Assembly: GCA_951406725.2 (NCBI GenBank)
Contig: OX597821.1
Span: forward strand, 17,236,001 to 17,300,000
Direction: 5' to 3'
DNA: 64,000 nucleotides
Source: Octopus vulgaris
Taxonomy: Eukaryota
Shown here: one piece after another, positions 1 to 12,697 of the stretch
Layout: every line of letters starts with the position of its first letter
How positions within the stretch are numbered: position 1 is the first letter of the stretch
Position numbers and translations under genes: made by a program
Notes under the pieces: generated by a model
What the model was told of the DNA's origin: nothing
Seen by the model: the letters and a program-made list of their open reading frames with translations, nothing else
The model's database searches: none

Positions 1-678
1 GTTTTCTTTGCTATGGAATCTTGTTTGCTGTTCCTGATGCTATTTGTGTGTGTTTCCCCTGTTACATCGAATATGTATATCTGTTTTGTTATTTTATTGG
101 CTGATGAATATATTCCGTATACGTTGTGTGACAGATGTTTTGCGTTGTGTTGTTTGCCAGTTATTATGTATCGTATGTGGTGTGTGATTTGTGGAGAATA
201 GATGCGTTGCAGGTGTGGCAGCTGTGTAGAATAAGAGTTGTGTGAATTCAAATCTGACTTGGGTCAACTTGACCTTTCATATCTCCAGGATCGATATGAA
301 AAAAACTATGACTAATGTACTGTCGGTATATTCAGTCGACTATAAATCTCTCCTTCAAAGATGTTGCCTTGTACCAATATAAGATATCATCCTCATCATC
401 ACCATTAGCAACTGAAGCATTACTCTTATTGTCAGCTAAGAACTTTATCACAATATAGGACCGTGAATAGCTGATTCAATGCAACGCTTTATAAAAAATC
501 TTTTTCATCACAGTCACCTTTCATATTTGTTTGCAGCTTCCTAGAGAATTTGGAATGATACATTTTCCCATAAAATAACTCGTTTTCTTTGTAATCATAT
601 TGCATATTAAAATGTGTAGTAATCTTTAAAATAAACCGTATTCACTCCATATTTGCTATAGTTATCGCTCTACCTATT

Positions 679-681
<3 letters not shown>

Positions 682-749
<68 letters not shown>
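682..749. repeat. (GT)n microsatellite
   Basis: Direct reading; it produces the spurious CVCVCV ORF. Confidence 0.95.
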
Positions 750-750
<1 letters not shown>

Positions 751-1210
751 TAAATAGATATACATCGTTCTACTTATTCAAAACAAAATTTCGACTTAAG
801 ATTGTAAACCTATCATTATTTATCGTCAGTGTTATCATCATTACTTTTTTACGGGCAGATAACCACGCCTTCTTCTGTGCGCTTAACATCCACCTGTCAA
901 ATATAACGTGTAAATATATTGATTCAGAACGCAACAAATGAACGAAAGGATGTTTAACTGTCTGAAGAAAAACATAACCAAATAATCAAGAACTATATGA
1001 AATACAATAAATAATCAAAAATAAGATATAATGATTACACGGTCTCTTCGTAAGTAGTTATCATTAAAGAATTTTCTATTTTTGCCATTAGTTTTGACTT
1101 TTGTTTGCCAAAAGAATCCTTGTGATTATTTATTTTCTTGCTCTAAATAAGTAATTTCAAGCTGACAAAGTCACTGCTTCGCTGATGAAGCCTTGGTGAG
1201 AAGGTACTTC

Positions 1211-1273
<63 letters not shown>

Positions 1274-1364
1274 ATGCTTATTTATATATGCAGTGTATGC
1301 TTTTATTTCCTGCCATCGGAAATAACTGAATGCACTCACGAGTAATTTATATATATTCACATGT

Positions 1365-1620
1365 GAAGGTGCGCGAAGGCTTATATGATCGTGAGTTCGA
1401 TTCCTGGCGGCGAGTTATATCCTTCAGCAAGACACTTTATTTCACGTTGCTCCAGTCCGCTCAACCTGCAAAAATGGGGTGTACATATAACTACAAACAG
1501 CCAGCGTTTTCACATTCTGTGTTACGCCGAATCTCCCTGAGAACTACGTTGAGAGTAAATGTGGCTGTGTAGTACTCAGCCACTTGCACTCAGTCAATTT
1601 CAGGTTCTTCCGTGGATCAG
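1365..1620 (+). mobile_element. Degraded tRNA-derived SINE, older relative of family A, with CORE-like centre
   Basis: B-box-like gttcgattcc; CORE-like tccttcagcaagacacttt; 3' part (gaatctccctgagaactacgtt...ctcagccacttgcac) matches the family A tail. Confidence 0.65.
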
Positions 1621-1624
1621 TTCA

Positions 1625-2760
1625 ACCAATATTAGCTTCACTATCGAACACCCAAACAGCGATGGTTCCCCCCGCTTGCTTGAGTTTCGGCTAAACATCT
1701 CGGACGAGGGTAAAACAGACACGGTGTCCAACAGAAAATCCGCTTACCAGGACCTCTTTGTTCATTACTAATCGGCACTCCCTATCAAGGCTACGACGAG
1801 TCACCTAGATACACAAAAGATGCAGTGGCCAACACCAACCGGGACGCACATGTTAGTCAGTTCCTAAAGGTACTTGAGATCAACGGATATCCCTGACCAT
1901 TACTAACTCCATACGCGAACGCAGGCCAGTAAAACATCGCAAGAGGGATCTCTCTAAGACCTGCTTCTTGAAGATTCCCCACTTCAATGAAAAGACCACC
2001 GCCATCATTTACAAGGCTATCCACAGGGAAGAACTTGACATCCTACTGGCCTATTCAGTACCATACCTACGTAAACACGAATTAACGAGGTGGTCACGTG
2101 CAGATCAACAGCCTTGCACACTGCGTACTGCCCCATTCGCAACAGTAACCTGTGCTTACATACATACGTAGTATATCAGATTCGATGCTTCAAATGCAAC
2201 AACTGCTGCACCAAAAGCACAGTACGACCACTCCGCGTCCGAATGAAAGACACCAACGTGTCTTCCCTCCGCGGGTACAGGACCCGATGCGGCAACACCA
2301 TCAAAGAGATAGACGCCCCATACTGGCTTCGGATTGGAACACTGGAAATCAACGTATAAAATAAGTTATATTGATCCACCGCCTCAACCCGAAAATTAAC
2401 AGTCAATCGAAGTTGAGCTGATGGCTCCAATGAAAACATCACGGGGACTGCGACCAACATTATAATACACGCCACCACCACTATCACATGACTATACGTC
2501 GCATCACCCAACAGCTGGAGAGTTGCTTATACCAACAGTTGGAGACTTGCTGCTATCCCGTCACATCAATCGATAGGGTGTGAGTTGCCTACACCAGCAA
2601 CTGGAGATTCTTACATCAGCAGATGGAGAGTTGCATACACCAACAGTTGGAGTGTGGCTGCTACTGCTGCTAACCTAATGCCGAGGAATTTGAAGAAGGT
2701 AATTTCCAAGACTGTTACCTTCTGAGGATGGGCGTTTGTGCCCGAAATATAAAGGATTTT
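1625..2760 (+). mobile_element. 5'-truncated, decayed Penelope-like element (RT C-terminus, GIY-YIG endonuclease, 3' region with hammerhead motif)
   Basis: ORF pieces ISFTIEHPNSDGSPRLLEF...RKSAYQDLFVHY (RT thumb, FTxE...RK-like) and YVVYQIRCFKCNN...STVRPLRVRMK (GIY-YIG). A ~23-bp imperfect minisatellite lies at 2500-2660. Confidence 0.8.
2718..2755 (+). ncRNA. Minimal type I hammerhead ribozyme motif in the PLE 3' region
   Basis: cctt CTGAGGA t GGGC gtttgt GCCC GAAA tata aagg: core, stem II, and cctt/aagg stem I. Confidence 0.65.
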
Positions 2761-3099
2761 GTAAAACCTTCTGCGTTGGATAGGTCAATAATATCAGGTG
2801 ATTTCGGCGTAACTTGCACTTCCACAGCATAGGCCCTCTACCTCAGTCTCTCAGATCGAAATTCCATCAAACCAGTATAGTTTAACACTGGCTAAATAAT
2901 GAGTATGAGGCAAAAATCTTGGCGGGTCGTGTAAAAATTAGTTATTAGCGACCGAATAAGTTGCACATCCAACTTAATTTTCACGTACAAGTTAAGCTGG
3001 TTTCGCACATTAATTTCCTTTTCTCCTTTCTTTTTTCTTTCTTTCTTTCTTTTTCCAGTTTTTTTTTTTTTTTTTCGGCTTGGTTTGCTTTTGTAGTTT

Positions 3100-4900
3100 T
3101 GTAGTTGATGATTTTCCTCCATTTTGAAAACAGTGTACTTCCTTTTTTTCCAGATGCAAAAATGTCTAGATTTTCACTATTGGAAACATTTTAAAAAGTG
3201 AATCTTTGATTTCTTGCTTATGTATCCAAATCGGATGCATTAATTTTTATCCTATTTAACTGAGATAATCTTCGTTGCATGGTTGGCATGTGATGCACTA
3301 AATGAGATTTTTGATTAGCAAAACTAAAACATTCAAGGATGGTGAGGAATTACAGGTTAACGCAAATAAAAGGCAAATAGTGAACACTGCTGCCAAAATC
3401 AGTTTCTCTATCTATGTCTCTCTCACATTGATTCTTCTTCATTTTTTTTTTCTCAGGAAGTACCTAGCTGTATTCAGATCTGGTATGTGGATGAGCTCCA
3501 TCGAATTCAAGATAGACAAGCTGCTGTATGTCATGACGGCTCTTCTATGAGCGGCTCTTCTATGAGTGGAAGCACTCCGTCGGTTACGACGACGAGGGTT
3601 CCGGTTGATCCAATCAACGGAACAGCCTGCCCATGAAATTAACGTGTAAGTGGCTGAACATTCCACAGACACGTGTACCCTTAACGTAGTTCTCGGGGAT
3701 ATTCAGCATGACACAGAGAGTGACAAGGCCAGCCCTTTGAAATACAGGTACAACAGAAACAGGAAGTAAGAGTGAGAGAAAGTTGTGATGAAAGAGTGCA
3801 GCAGGGATCACCACCATCCCCTGCCGGAGCCTTGTGGAGCTTTAGGTGTTTTCGCTCATTAAACACTCACAACGCTCGGTCTGGGAATCGAAACCGCGAT
3901 CCTACGACCGCGAGTCCGCTGCCCTAACCACTGGGCCATTGCGCCTCCACTCTTCTATGAGTAGTTGAGGGCCAAAGATGAGAAGAAATTCATTTTGCCA
4001 TGGTTATGCCATGTTTCTATCGACACATTCGTTACTACTTGAAGAAACAGAATGATTTTACTTATTCAAGCTCCGTTTTGCTTCAGTAGAACGAATTTAT
4101 AGATAAGCCTGATTATATTGCCGATTATTTCCCATGGAGGTTTGAAAATTCCTAAATTGAGACATGCCTATTAACCTATCTTATTTGATTTTGTTCTGAT
4201 AATTTTTCTCTTTCTTTAATTTCGTCGTTGTACGATTTATTTATCTTGTATGATTCATGCAATTTGTGCTTTATTCTATTCATTATGTATGGGTGCGAGA
4301 GAAAATAGTCTTGTTGTGACCGAGTATTCCAGCTGCTGTTTATCCTAGTTTAGGTTGTATCGATCTGTTCTTTCTATGTTTGGTTTTTGCCTTGCTCTAA
4401 AGATTTGCCCATTCAGTCGTCATCAGTCATGTGATATGTGATTATTTTAATTCTGCATTTTGTGGATCTTTTGCTTCACGCTTGTTCGTTTCTCTTGCAC
4501 AGTAACGCCTCATGAGTTTCAGGTAAGCCGGATTCTATGCAGCTGCCACCGTTGGTTTGTTGTTTCTGTTTATATCTTTATGCGTGGTCGATTCTTTGGC
4601 TTTATTTTCGTTGCGTTTTCTTTAAATCCTTCAGTTCCTTATCCTTAGACTTTTTTTTATCATATGTTATTACTTCGCGTATATTCCCTAATATATCGAA
4701 CTTGACATTTTCTATTCCATAGGAATTTTTTCTCTTCATATCTTTCATATTTTTATGGCGCTAATGTATTTTGCATATAGCAGCCATGTGTGAACTGCAT
4801 TTAATATTTCTAGTGATTATTATTTGTTTCATTCTTCCTTTATAGTTTTCGATTTGCTTTGCTAAGAGCAAGCAGTAGGAAGTGAGGATTTAAGAGAACA
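3100..4900 (-). pseudogene. Highly decayed Penelope-like element remnants, interrupted by a SINE
   Basis: Minus strand 3150-3320 reads KNLI*CITCQPCNEDYLS*IG*KL...HKQEIKD (GIY-YIG-like). RT-like traces at 4500-4800 are weaker. Confidence 0.4.
3568..3949 (-). mobile_element. Full-length tRNA-derived SINE, family A
   Basis: A box tggcccagtgg and B box gtttcgattcc on the minus strand; near-identical to the copies at 31820 and 55961; 13-bp TSD ctcttctatgagt at 3555-3567 and 3950-3962. Confidence 0.95.
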
Positions 4901-5059
4901 CCTGCGTCATAACGAAATTGAAGTAAGCATACACTACATTTCAAGAGATCACAAACCTTAGAGGTCATTTGGTCGAAGAAAATGGACCGTTAAAGTTTTG
5001 AGATACTCTGACATTCCTAATATACTGTAACTCATATTTGGGGGAAATCCTGTATATTC

Positions 5060-5205
5060 GCAGGCGTGGCTGTGTGGCAAGAAGCTTGCTTCCCGGCCAC
5101 ACGGGTCCGGCTCCCTCTGCATAGCATCTCGTACAAATGTTTTCTGCTTGGGTTCACTAAATCCTTTAGTGGATTCAGTAGACAGAATCTGAACGAAGAC
5201 CGTCG

Positions 5206-5207
<2 letters not shown>
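5060..5207 (+). mobile_element. SINE family B, 5' half, ending in its internal (TA)n
   Basis: gcaggcgtggctgtgtggcaagaagcttgcttccc...gaagaccgtcgtatata matches the intact family B copies. Confidence 0.75.
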
Positions 5208-5234
<27 letters not shown>

Positions 5235-5236
<2 letters not shown>

Positions 5237-6119
5237 AGGGTGTTGGGAGTACAATATCGTCTAGATTATGCAAAAATGAAAATAACACTCATTTTAACAG
5301 ATATATCTACCAAAATTACATTAAAAAAACCTTGAAATACTAAAAGAGTAAATTTATTCAATAAAATCGCCATTGGTTCCAACCACAGCCTCCAGACAAC
5401 TTCAGAATTTCATGCAATTGTTCTGGATGGTCTCCTTGTTTAAGTTGGTGACTGATGCCATAATCTTTGCCGTCAGTTCATCTTTGGTGTTACAAGGAGT
5501 TTTGTTGGTCTGTCGCTCAAATGCACCCCACACATATTAATGAAGTGGGTTGCAGTCTGGGAAGTTAGATTGTCAGCTGCTAGGAGTGATGTGGTCGCAA
5601 AAATTGTCTGACAGCCATAACTTGGTTCTCCTGCTTGGCATGGTGCAGATTCCTTTTGCCAGACATAGTGTCTTCCAGCAGCCACCCTCTTGGCCCAATA
5701 CAGCACTAGCTCCTCCAGGCACTTAATGTATACCGCCGTGTTGAGTGTGAGGATGTGTGGGAAGATGAATGGATGCATAATGTCGTCATCACTAGTGATC
5801 ACTCCAAACACCAAGATGGTGAATGGACGTTTAATTTTTATTACTCTAGGTACACGATTTGGGGACACGGCAAGCCAACAGATTGACCCCAAAACACTCT
5901 GAAATGTCCGTATTGGAGTTCCCTGTGCGAATGCCAAGTAGTACAGCATGTCGTTTCCAAATTTATGGCAGAATAAATTGCGTCATGGTGCTGTTTTTTC
6001 TCGCAGATGGTGCCCAACTGATCCTACTTTACTGTGTTGTCGATAAAATCAAAACAAGCAATGATCATGAGCGAAATTAAAAATATAAAATGGCAACAAT
6101 TTACCCATCGAGCGCTGTT
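5235..6119 (-). mobile_element. Decayed mariner/Tc1-superfamily transposon (maT/DD37D-like)
   Basis: ORF 5473-5949: ILVFGVITSDDDIMHPFIFPH...NTAVYIKCLEELVLYW...AGRHYVWQKESAPC (QQDSAPCH-like). Degenerate TIRs flanked by TA. Confidence 0.8.
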
Positions 6120-6124
6120 TATAC

Positions 6125-6283
6125 AGCGGAATTCTTTCAGTTTCTGACTACCAAATGCACTCACAAGGTTTTGGCCAGCCCGAGACTTTACTAGAAGACA
6201 CTTGCCGAAGGTGCCATACAGTGGGACTGAACATGGAACCATGTGGTTGAGAAACAAGATTCCTACCACACACTCACACCTGT
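6125..6283 (-). mobile_element. SINE family B, 5' half
   Basis: gaagacacttgccgaaggtgccatacagtgggactgaac...accatgtgg matches the family B head and CORE-like region. Confidence 0.8.
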
Positions 6284-6284
6284 T

Positions 6285-6455
6285 GACTGGTAACTCCAAA
6301 AGTGTTTTATTCTCCCTCTGTTTATTTCTTCCGGTTCTTTTCTGCTGATGAGCGTAGACTCGAAACGTAAAAGATTTTCTCACCTTCCCGAGTGTCAAAC
6401 TAATACACCTGCTTATTGTTTATACCCCTGTATTCGTCTTTTGTTTTTCTGTAAT
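6285..6455 (+). mobile_element. Short non-coding PLE-derived element with hammerhead motif (6336-6374)
   Basis: tctttt CTGCTGA t GAGc gtag aCTC GAAAC GTA aaaga; homologous to the element at 38395-38579. Confidence 0.65.
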
Positions 6456-6499
6456 TATGTGTGAGTGTGTGTGTGTGTGTGCATATATATGCATATTAT

Positions 6500-6722
6500 A
6501 TATGTGGTTCTGTTTGTACCACACCACCGCTCGACTACTAGTGTTGACTTGTTTATCTCCCCGTAACTTAACGGTTGAGCTTAAGAAACCAATAGAATAA
6601 GTACCAGGCTGAAAAGTAATAGCTTCCGGAGTCGATTTGTTTAAGTTAACCGTTGAAGTCGGTACCCCAGCATGACCTTAGTCTAATGACAGAAAGAAGT
6701 AAAGGATAAAACATGAAAAATA

Positions 6723-6725
<3 letters not shown>
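6500..6725 (+). mobile_element. SINE family B, 3' half, followed by (GATA)n at 6725-6817
   Basis: ccccgtaacttaacggtt...aatagaataagtaccagg...ccagcatgacc matches the family B tail. Confidence 0.7.
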
Positions 6726-6817
<92 letters not shown>

Positions 6818-6911
6818 TGGCACATGATATAATGAGACATGATTGGTCAACATCATGTGTGTATGTGTGAGTGCGTACGAATGTGTGAGTTTATGTGTGG
6901 ATAATATATAC

Positions 6912-7162
6912 ATTGGGTTGGGGAATAATTATTGCGGCTGTTTTTCAACAAATTTTATTCAACAAAAACAAAAACAATATTGAACAAAAACAACTTTAAA
7001 TGATGCTCTGACAGTCTGCCAAGCAAATGGGAAGCAATAATTGAAGTAGATGGTGAATATGCTCCGGAATAATCATTAAAAGATGCTTTATTATATGTTG
7101 TTATTGTTTTTGTTGAACAAAATTTGTGGGAACAAGCCTCCATAATTATGTACAAACCCAAT
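6912..7162. mobile_element. Mariner-derived MITE
   Basis: Imperfect ~75-bp terminal inverted arms (attgggttggggaataattattgcggc versus aagcctccataattatgtacaaacccaat) in a TA context. Confidence 0.7.
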
Positions 7163-7177
7163 ATAAATGTATGTGTA

Positions 7178-7240
<63 letters not shown>

Positions 7241-7599
7241 TGTTTATTTTTGATGTCTACGGGTGGAGATATGAGAATTAAGGCACTTCTGTACGTGGGT
7301 TTGTGTGTGCATGTATCTCTGTGCGTTTGTTTGTTTGTGTCCAAGTGTACCTGTGTGTACTAATTTAGGTTATGTTTTGTATTATCTCTCTGAAAATTGA
7401 TGCGTTTCTTTGTACAGGTATAAGTGTTTCGTCACTGATATTATTACGTATATTTTATGTTCGTACTTCACTTATGGCAAATAAAGTAAACCGCATGAAC
7501 TCATTGTTGTTCTTTTAGTCTCTTTTTTGTGTGTGTAAGCTTTGATTGGTCATCCAGTGTTCTTTAAGCATAGTCAGCGTTTTCTTTTATCTTATACGA

Positions 7600-7800
7600 T
7601 ACTCTTTTACTTGTTTCAGTCATTTGACTGCGGCCATGCTGGAGCACCGCCTTTAGTCGAGCAAATCGACCCCAGGACTTATTCTTTGTAAACCCAGTAC
7701 TTATTTTATCGGTCTCTTTTGCCGAACCGCTAAGTGACAGGAACATAAACACACCAGCATCGGTTGTCAAGCAATGCTAGGGAGACAAACACACACACAT

Positions 7801-7849
<49 letters not shown>

Positions 7850-8007
7850 TACGACAGGCTTCTTTCAGTTTCCGTCTACCAAATCCACTCACAAGGCATT
7901 GGTCGGCCCGGGGCTATAGCAGAAGACACTTGCCCAAGATGCCACGCAGTGGGAGTGAACCCGGAACCATGTGGTTGGTTAGCAAGCTACTTACAACACA
8001 GCCACTC
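7600..8007 (-). mobile_element. Near-full-length SINE family B (tRNA head, CORE-like cttgggcaagt, internal TA/TG microsatellite)
   Basis: High similarity to 56771-57150 and 59650-60063; tail repeat (gtaaaaga)n. Confidence 0.92.
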
Positions 8008-8099
8008 TACATAACATGTACATACTAGTTTTTTTATATATCTGTCGTATATATGTATGCCATGGGATTTGTTTGTCTTTCCTGTTCCAACAAAGATTA

Positions 8100-9330
8100 T
8101 TTCTGTTTTTCAATCCTCGCATTCTACATACTTCGGTTTTCAAGTTTTAGATTGGGATACATTTCCTAACTCTTGAAAAAAACATCTTGTCATCTCTTAC
8201 ATTCAATGACTGGATTAGGAGATAATTCTTTTGACGTTGGCCTTTGGCGATGTTTGGACGCATTCCCTTAATCTCCTCGTCTATTTCAAGCAGCATTACC
8301 CAGTGTATAGTTACGTTGTCATTCTGCCTTTTGGCGTGTGTTCGCACAACTTCTTTTCTGTGAGAATGTTATTAATGTACGAATACACCAGCTCTATCAT
8401 GTTAGCGCATTTATGCTCTCCGAGCTAAAACAGGGCTACAAATAACAATGTGACTGTTCTTTTCTTTAAGAGCGGCATATACTACAATTACATCTTTATT
8501 GTTTCGTTTATAAAAGAGCCAAAATCATTCTTATAAAGGGCGGTTAGGGACTTGTGCCGCAGAAAAAGCCTTTCTGGTTACAATTTTCAGTCTTGGGGTT
8601 TCCCGGTCAGTCTTTCACTTTTACTTTGTCCACTATCACCAAACACCGCCCACGCACAGATCTTTCTTGCTAATGATTTACCACGACATATTGTAATATT
8701 ATTTTCAATATAATATACAGCAATTAAATACTCCAAGTTATTGTTTCCCCAACCTCATCATCGCCGCCTGTTACATCATCCTCTGATTTATTTTCATTGG
8801 TTTCTTTAAAATCTGAAAATAGTTTTCATTTTTCTCCCTGTTCTATTGTTATTTTGATTGATTTTCTTTTGTATTTTTTTTTTACATTTTGCTTTTAAAT
8901 ATTTGTTTTGAGTCAAACCTCTCTGATTCTGCACTAATGTCTATTCTAGCCCTCCCTTCTGCACTGGATTTCACTCTATGCTCATGTCGTACCTGCAGGC
9001 GCTGACTGAAAATAGTTCGAGATGGGGCCTAAAGCATTACTTTCATTGGCTGAGAATGGTGTCCGAAGGCCTGGGGCACTGCCTCTTCCTTCTGACTCAG
9101 CGGGTAAAACAATGTTGGTGTTTCATAATGGACCACCAATTACATTCGATGTAAATATAACCTTTCACTATTTGTCAAGTTCACCAATTACTGGAGCAAT
9201 AATTGTTGTCTTGATCTTCCACATTCTCAGCTCTTTGGATAGATTGTCATATTTCTTAATTTCTTTGGAACCGACTCCGCAATCTCAGTATTGGCTTTTG
9301 TATGCGCTGCAATCAAAACGCAGTCACTGG
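8100..9330 (-). pseudogene. Decayed R4/Dong LINE 3' fragments
   Basis: Minus strand gives HIVICSPVLA..HDRAG...ENDNVTIHW...RPNI (8150-8460) and KEIKKYDNLSKELRMWKIKTTIIAPVIG (9180-9270). The intervening sequence is unassigned. Confidence 0.55.
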
Positions 9331-9827
9331 GTGTGTATTTCAATCGTAGTCATTTGTTACGACATTTTACATTTCTGAGTCCAAATTCAGCTTAAAGCAA
9401 CTTAGCATTCCATGTTTTTGCAATCAATAAAATAAATGCAGATTGAGTAGTGCTGTCTATTTAACTGACTTTACACTTCGCAAAAATATGTGACACTGCA
9501 CCACAATAAAAATCAATATTATTGATATTCACATTGATCTTATCTTCATCCACATCATCATCATCATCATCACTATATTTATTACTCCGCATGTGTGTAC
9601 ATAAAGCGGGTAGATCCGGTTGAAAGAATGATAATAAAGTCTATTTCATCAGCTATGAAGATTTCAAGCACAAATAGTAGTCTTTCGGCTAAAGGTGATT
9701 CATTCTCTTGTTTTAATGATAATAATGAGGCGGAGGAGGAGGAGGGGGGGGAGACAGAGGGGAGGAGGAGAAAAGGGAAGAAGGGAGGAGGAGAAGGAGA
9801 AGATGGAGATGTACAACAACAGTAATG

Positions 9828-9886
<59 letters not shown>

Positions 9887-9929
9887 CACCATTTCTGTGA
9901 GTATAATATACTAATATACTAGCACAAAA

Positions 9930-10745
9930 GGAGTCTAAGCGCAGATATGACTGTATTGGCAAAGGAATGCTTTGAGATAGGTGAATGCGGGAATTTAAAA
10001 CAACAGAAAAGTGGTGGGAACTCGAACTAGAAGCTGTGAGAGAAAATGAGAATTACATGATCTTGCGTGACTTCCCAATACAGGCCATACTATTGAAACC
10101 AGAACACTAGATATGATTATAATAGAAATTGGGTAAGAAATTGAAAAAAAAATGTGAAATATCACGATCTAGCTGAGGAGACTGTGGTTGACCAGGGCAC
10201 CAATTATTCCTGTAGTAATTGGTGCACTTGGCAAACCACCGAAAATGTTACCTAAAGGAATGGAAGAAATTGGAAATGAAATTCGCATTGTCGACTTGCT
10301 GTAAAGTACCATCCTATATCCCGCAAGAATCTCAACTCAGATTCTTGAGACCTTGTCATCAAACTTCAAGATGCAATACTATCATCTGGGACTTTCCAGT
10401 CAACACCGACAGAACGATCCAGGCTATTCGACCAAATATAGTCATTAAGGACAGAGAGGAAAATACTTGTAGACTAATAGATGTAAGTGTTCCCAACTAT
10501 AAAAATATATTTGTACAGGAATTTGACAAATTAAGTAAATATAAGGTCCTCGAAACTGAAATACAAAAGAAGTGGCATATCAAAGCGAGAACTGTTCCTG
10601 TTATTGAGGGTTCCCTAGGTATAAGAAAGGGCTGTCAGAAACATCCAGATAATATCCCAAGAGGACCATGTTTCAGAAATTCAAAAGATTGTGCTGATAC
10701 GTACTGCCCCCATATCCTTAGAAAAAGCCTGCTATATATATATAA
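9930..10745 (+). pseudogene. Two tandem decayed R4/Dong 3' (restriction-like endonuclease) fragments downstream of (AAT)n at 9824-9886
   Basis: IIWDFPVNTDRTIQAIRPNIVIKD...LIDVSVP...KLSKYKVLETEIQKKW...VPVIEGSLG is homologous to the C-terminus of the 17-24 kb elements. Confidence 0.8.
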
Positions 10746-11339
10746 CGTATTTCTAAATTGAATTTTTCCCTGTAAGTTAGGATTAATATTCCCTCAAATA
10801 ATTATTATATATATATATGGCAACTTTTTCGTAGACGTCCATAGTTTTATTCAACCCGTTCGAAATTCGACTTTATTTGTTGTTTTGATAATGGGGTGAG
10901 TTCTCAGGGTAGCTAATTTATGTATATATATTTCCGAAGTTATTGCGAGATTGTTTGGTTTTTAATTTGTTATTGTTTCTGTTTCTTTTCGTGTTTAAAA
11001 GCTCAAAAGTTTATTTCGTTTGTTCTGTGTTTTGTTACGTTTCACATTGTATTTTGTTTCGTTTCGCTTTCTGTTTTGTTTAATTCAGCCTCAGTAGTTT
11101 TTGTTTGTATTCATTGTGTTACCAGTAATTTGTATAATGATAAAAATGTATGTTTGATTTAGTCTCTTTTGATACTTTGGGTATTTTACCAATTCATACA
11201 GAAATGTTTTTCTGTACTGTAGGTCGGTTTCTCTTTACACGGGTGACTTTTCAGGTACAACTTGTACGTGACAAAAGCAACCTATAAAATGCAAAAGTGT
11301 AAAAGATTATTTGCTGAGTTATCAGTTTTTTGTGTATTC

Positions 11340-11632
11340 CTCAGCGGAATTAGAACATAGAACGTAAAGAAGGACCGCTAGTATTTTACCTGGAGTGCTA
11401 ACGATCCTGCCAATGCACTACCTTATTAATTTCAAATGTTGGCACAAAGCCAGGAATTTCGCAAGAAGGGATAAATCGATTACATTGACCATGTACTCAT
11501 CTGGTACTTATTTTATTGACCCCGAAACGATGAAAAGCAGAGTCGACTCCGGCGGAATTTCTACTCAGATGGACGAAATGCTACTAAGCCTTTTAACCGA
11601 CATGCTAATGATTCTGCCAGCGCGCCGCCTTC
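11340..11632 (-). mobile_element. Degraded SINE family C copies
   Basis: ctggtacttattttattgaccccgaaacgatgaaaagcagagtcgac...attctgccagcgcgccgcctt. Confidence 0.7.
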
Positions 11633-11743
11633 ATTCTAATAATAATAATAATAATAAATTTATAAACATTTAAATGCATCACTACACGCGTTTCCAAGGA
11701 TTGCATGTGTGTGTGTGCGTATGTGTGTGAGTGTATGTGTGTT

Positions 11744-11813
<70 letters not shown>

Positions 11814-12274
11814 CGTGCGTGTGATATGCTATGACGAGAATGAATGTATCATGGTGACAAATAATTGAGAATCTCGCTTTGAAATCCCAAGGTTCCAGAT
11901 TCAATGCTATTGAATTGTTTCTGTGTAAACAGAAACTGTGCAGAGGGCGTTCGGTTCACTGGAGCCTATACGTGACAGGCACAGGCTTGACACATAATAT
12001 CAGTTCTCGTTGTATCTGAGAATCTATTTAAACATATTCACGAAGGTTGAACACTCAGTCACATGCAAAACGCATTCAATAAGCAAGTGCTTCAATTGAT
12101 CGAACTACTGAAGCCTGATTGGTGTAAAGATCCAGCGATTGTTTTTCGTTTGACTTCTTAAACAGGCCCACTAGGGAAGCAGTTCATTTTAAACCTGGCT
12201 GAGCCCTTCCCTGTCTAGTTTAGGCTACAGCTAATTACTTTCAGGGAGAGCGAGAGAAAGAGCAAGAGAACGAC

Positions 12275-12697
12275 AGGAGGAGGAGGAAGGGGAGGAGGGA
12301 AAGTAGAAGACAACGACGACGACGACGACGACGAAGAAGAAGAAGAAGAAGAAGAAGAAGAAGAAGAAGAAGAAGAAGAAGAAGAAGAAAAAGAAGAAAA
12401 AGAAAGAAGAAGAAGAAGAAGAAGAAGAAGAAAAAGAAGAAGAAGAAGAAGAAGAAGAAAAGAAGAAGAAGAAGAAAAAGAAGAAGAAGAAGAAAAAAGA
12501 AGAAGAAAAAGAAGAAGAAGGAAAGAAAAGAAGAAGAAGAAGAAGAAGAAGAAGAAGAAGAAGAAGAAGAAGAAGAAGAAGAAGAAGAAGAAGAAGAAGA
12601 AGAAGAAGAAGAAGAAGAAGACAAAGAAGAAGAAGAAGAAGGAGGAGGAGGAGGAGGAGGAGGAGGATGAGGAGGAGGAGGAAGAGGAGGAGGAGGA
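12275..12697. repeat. Compound purine-rich trinucleotide tract (GGA/GAC/GAA/GGA)
   Basis: Direct reading. Confidence 0.95.

Noticed and set aside
1180-1212. Hammerhead 5' half (ctgatgaagccttggtgagaagg) next to (TA)n
   Set aside because: The GAAA and cleavage triplet are missing; too short to call, although it may be another PLE fragment.
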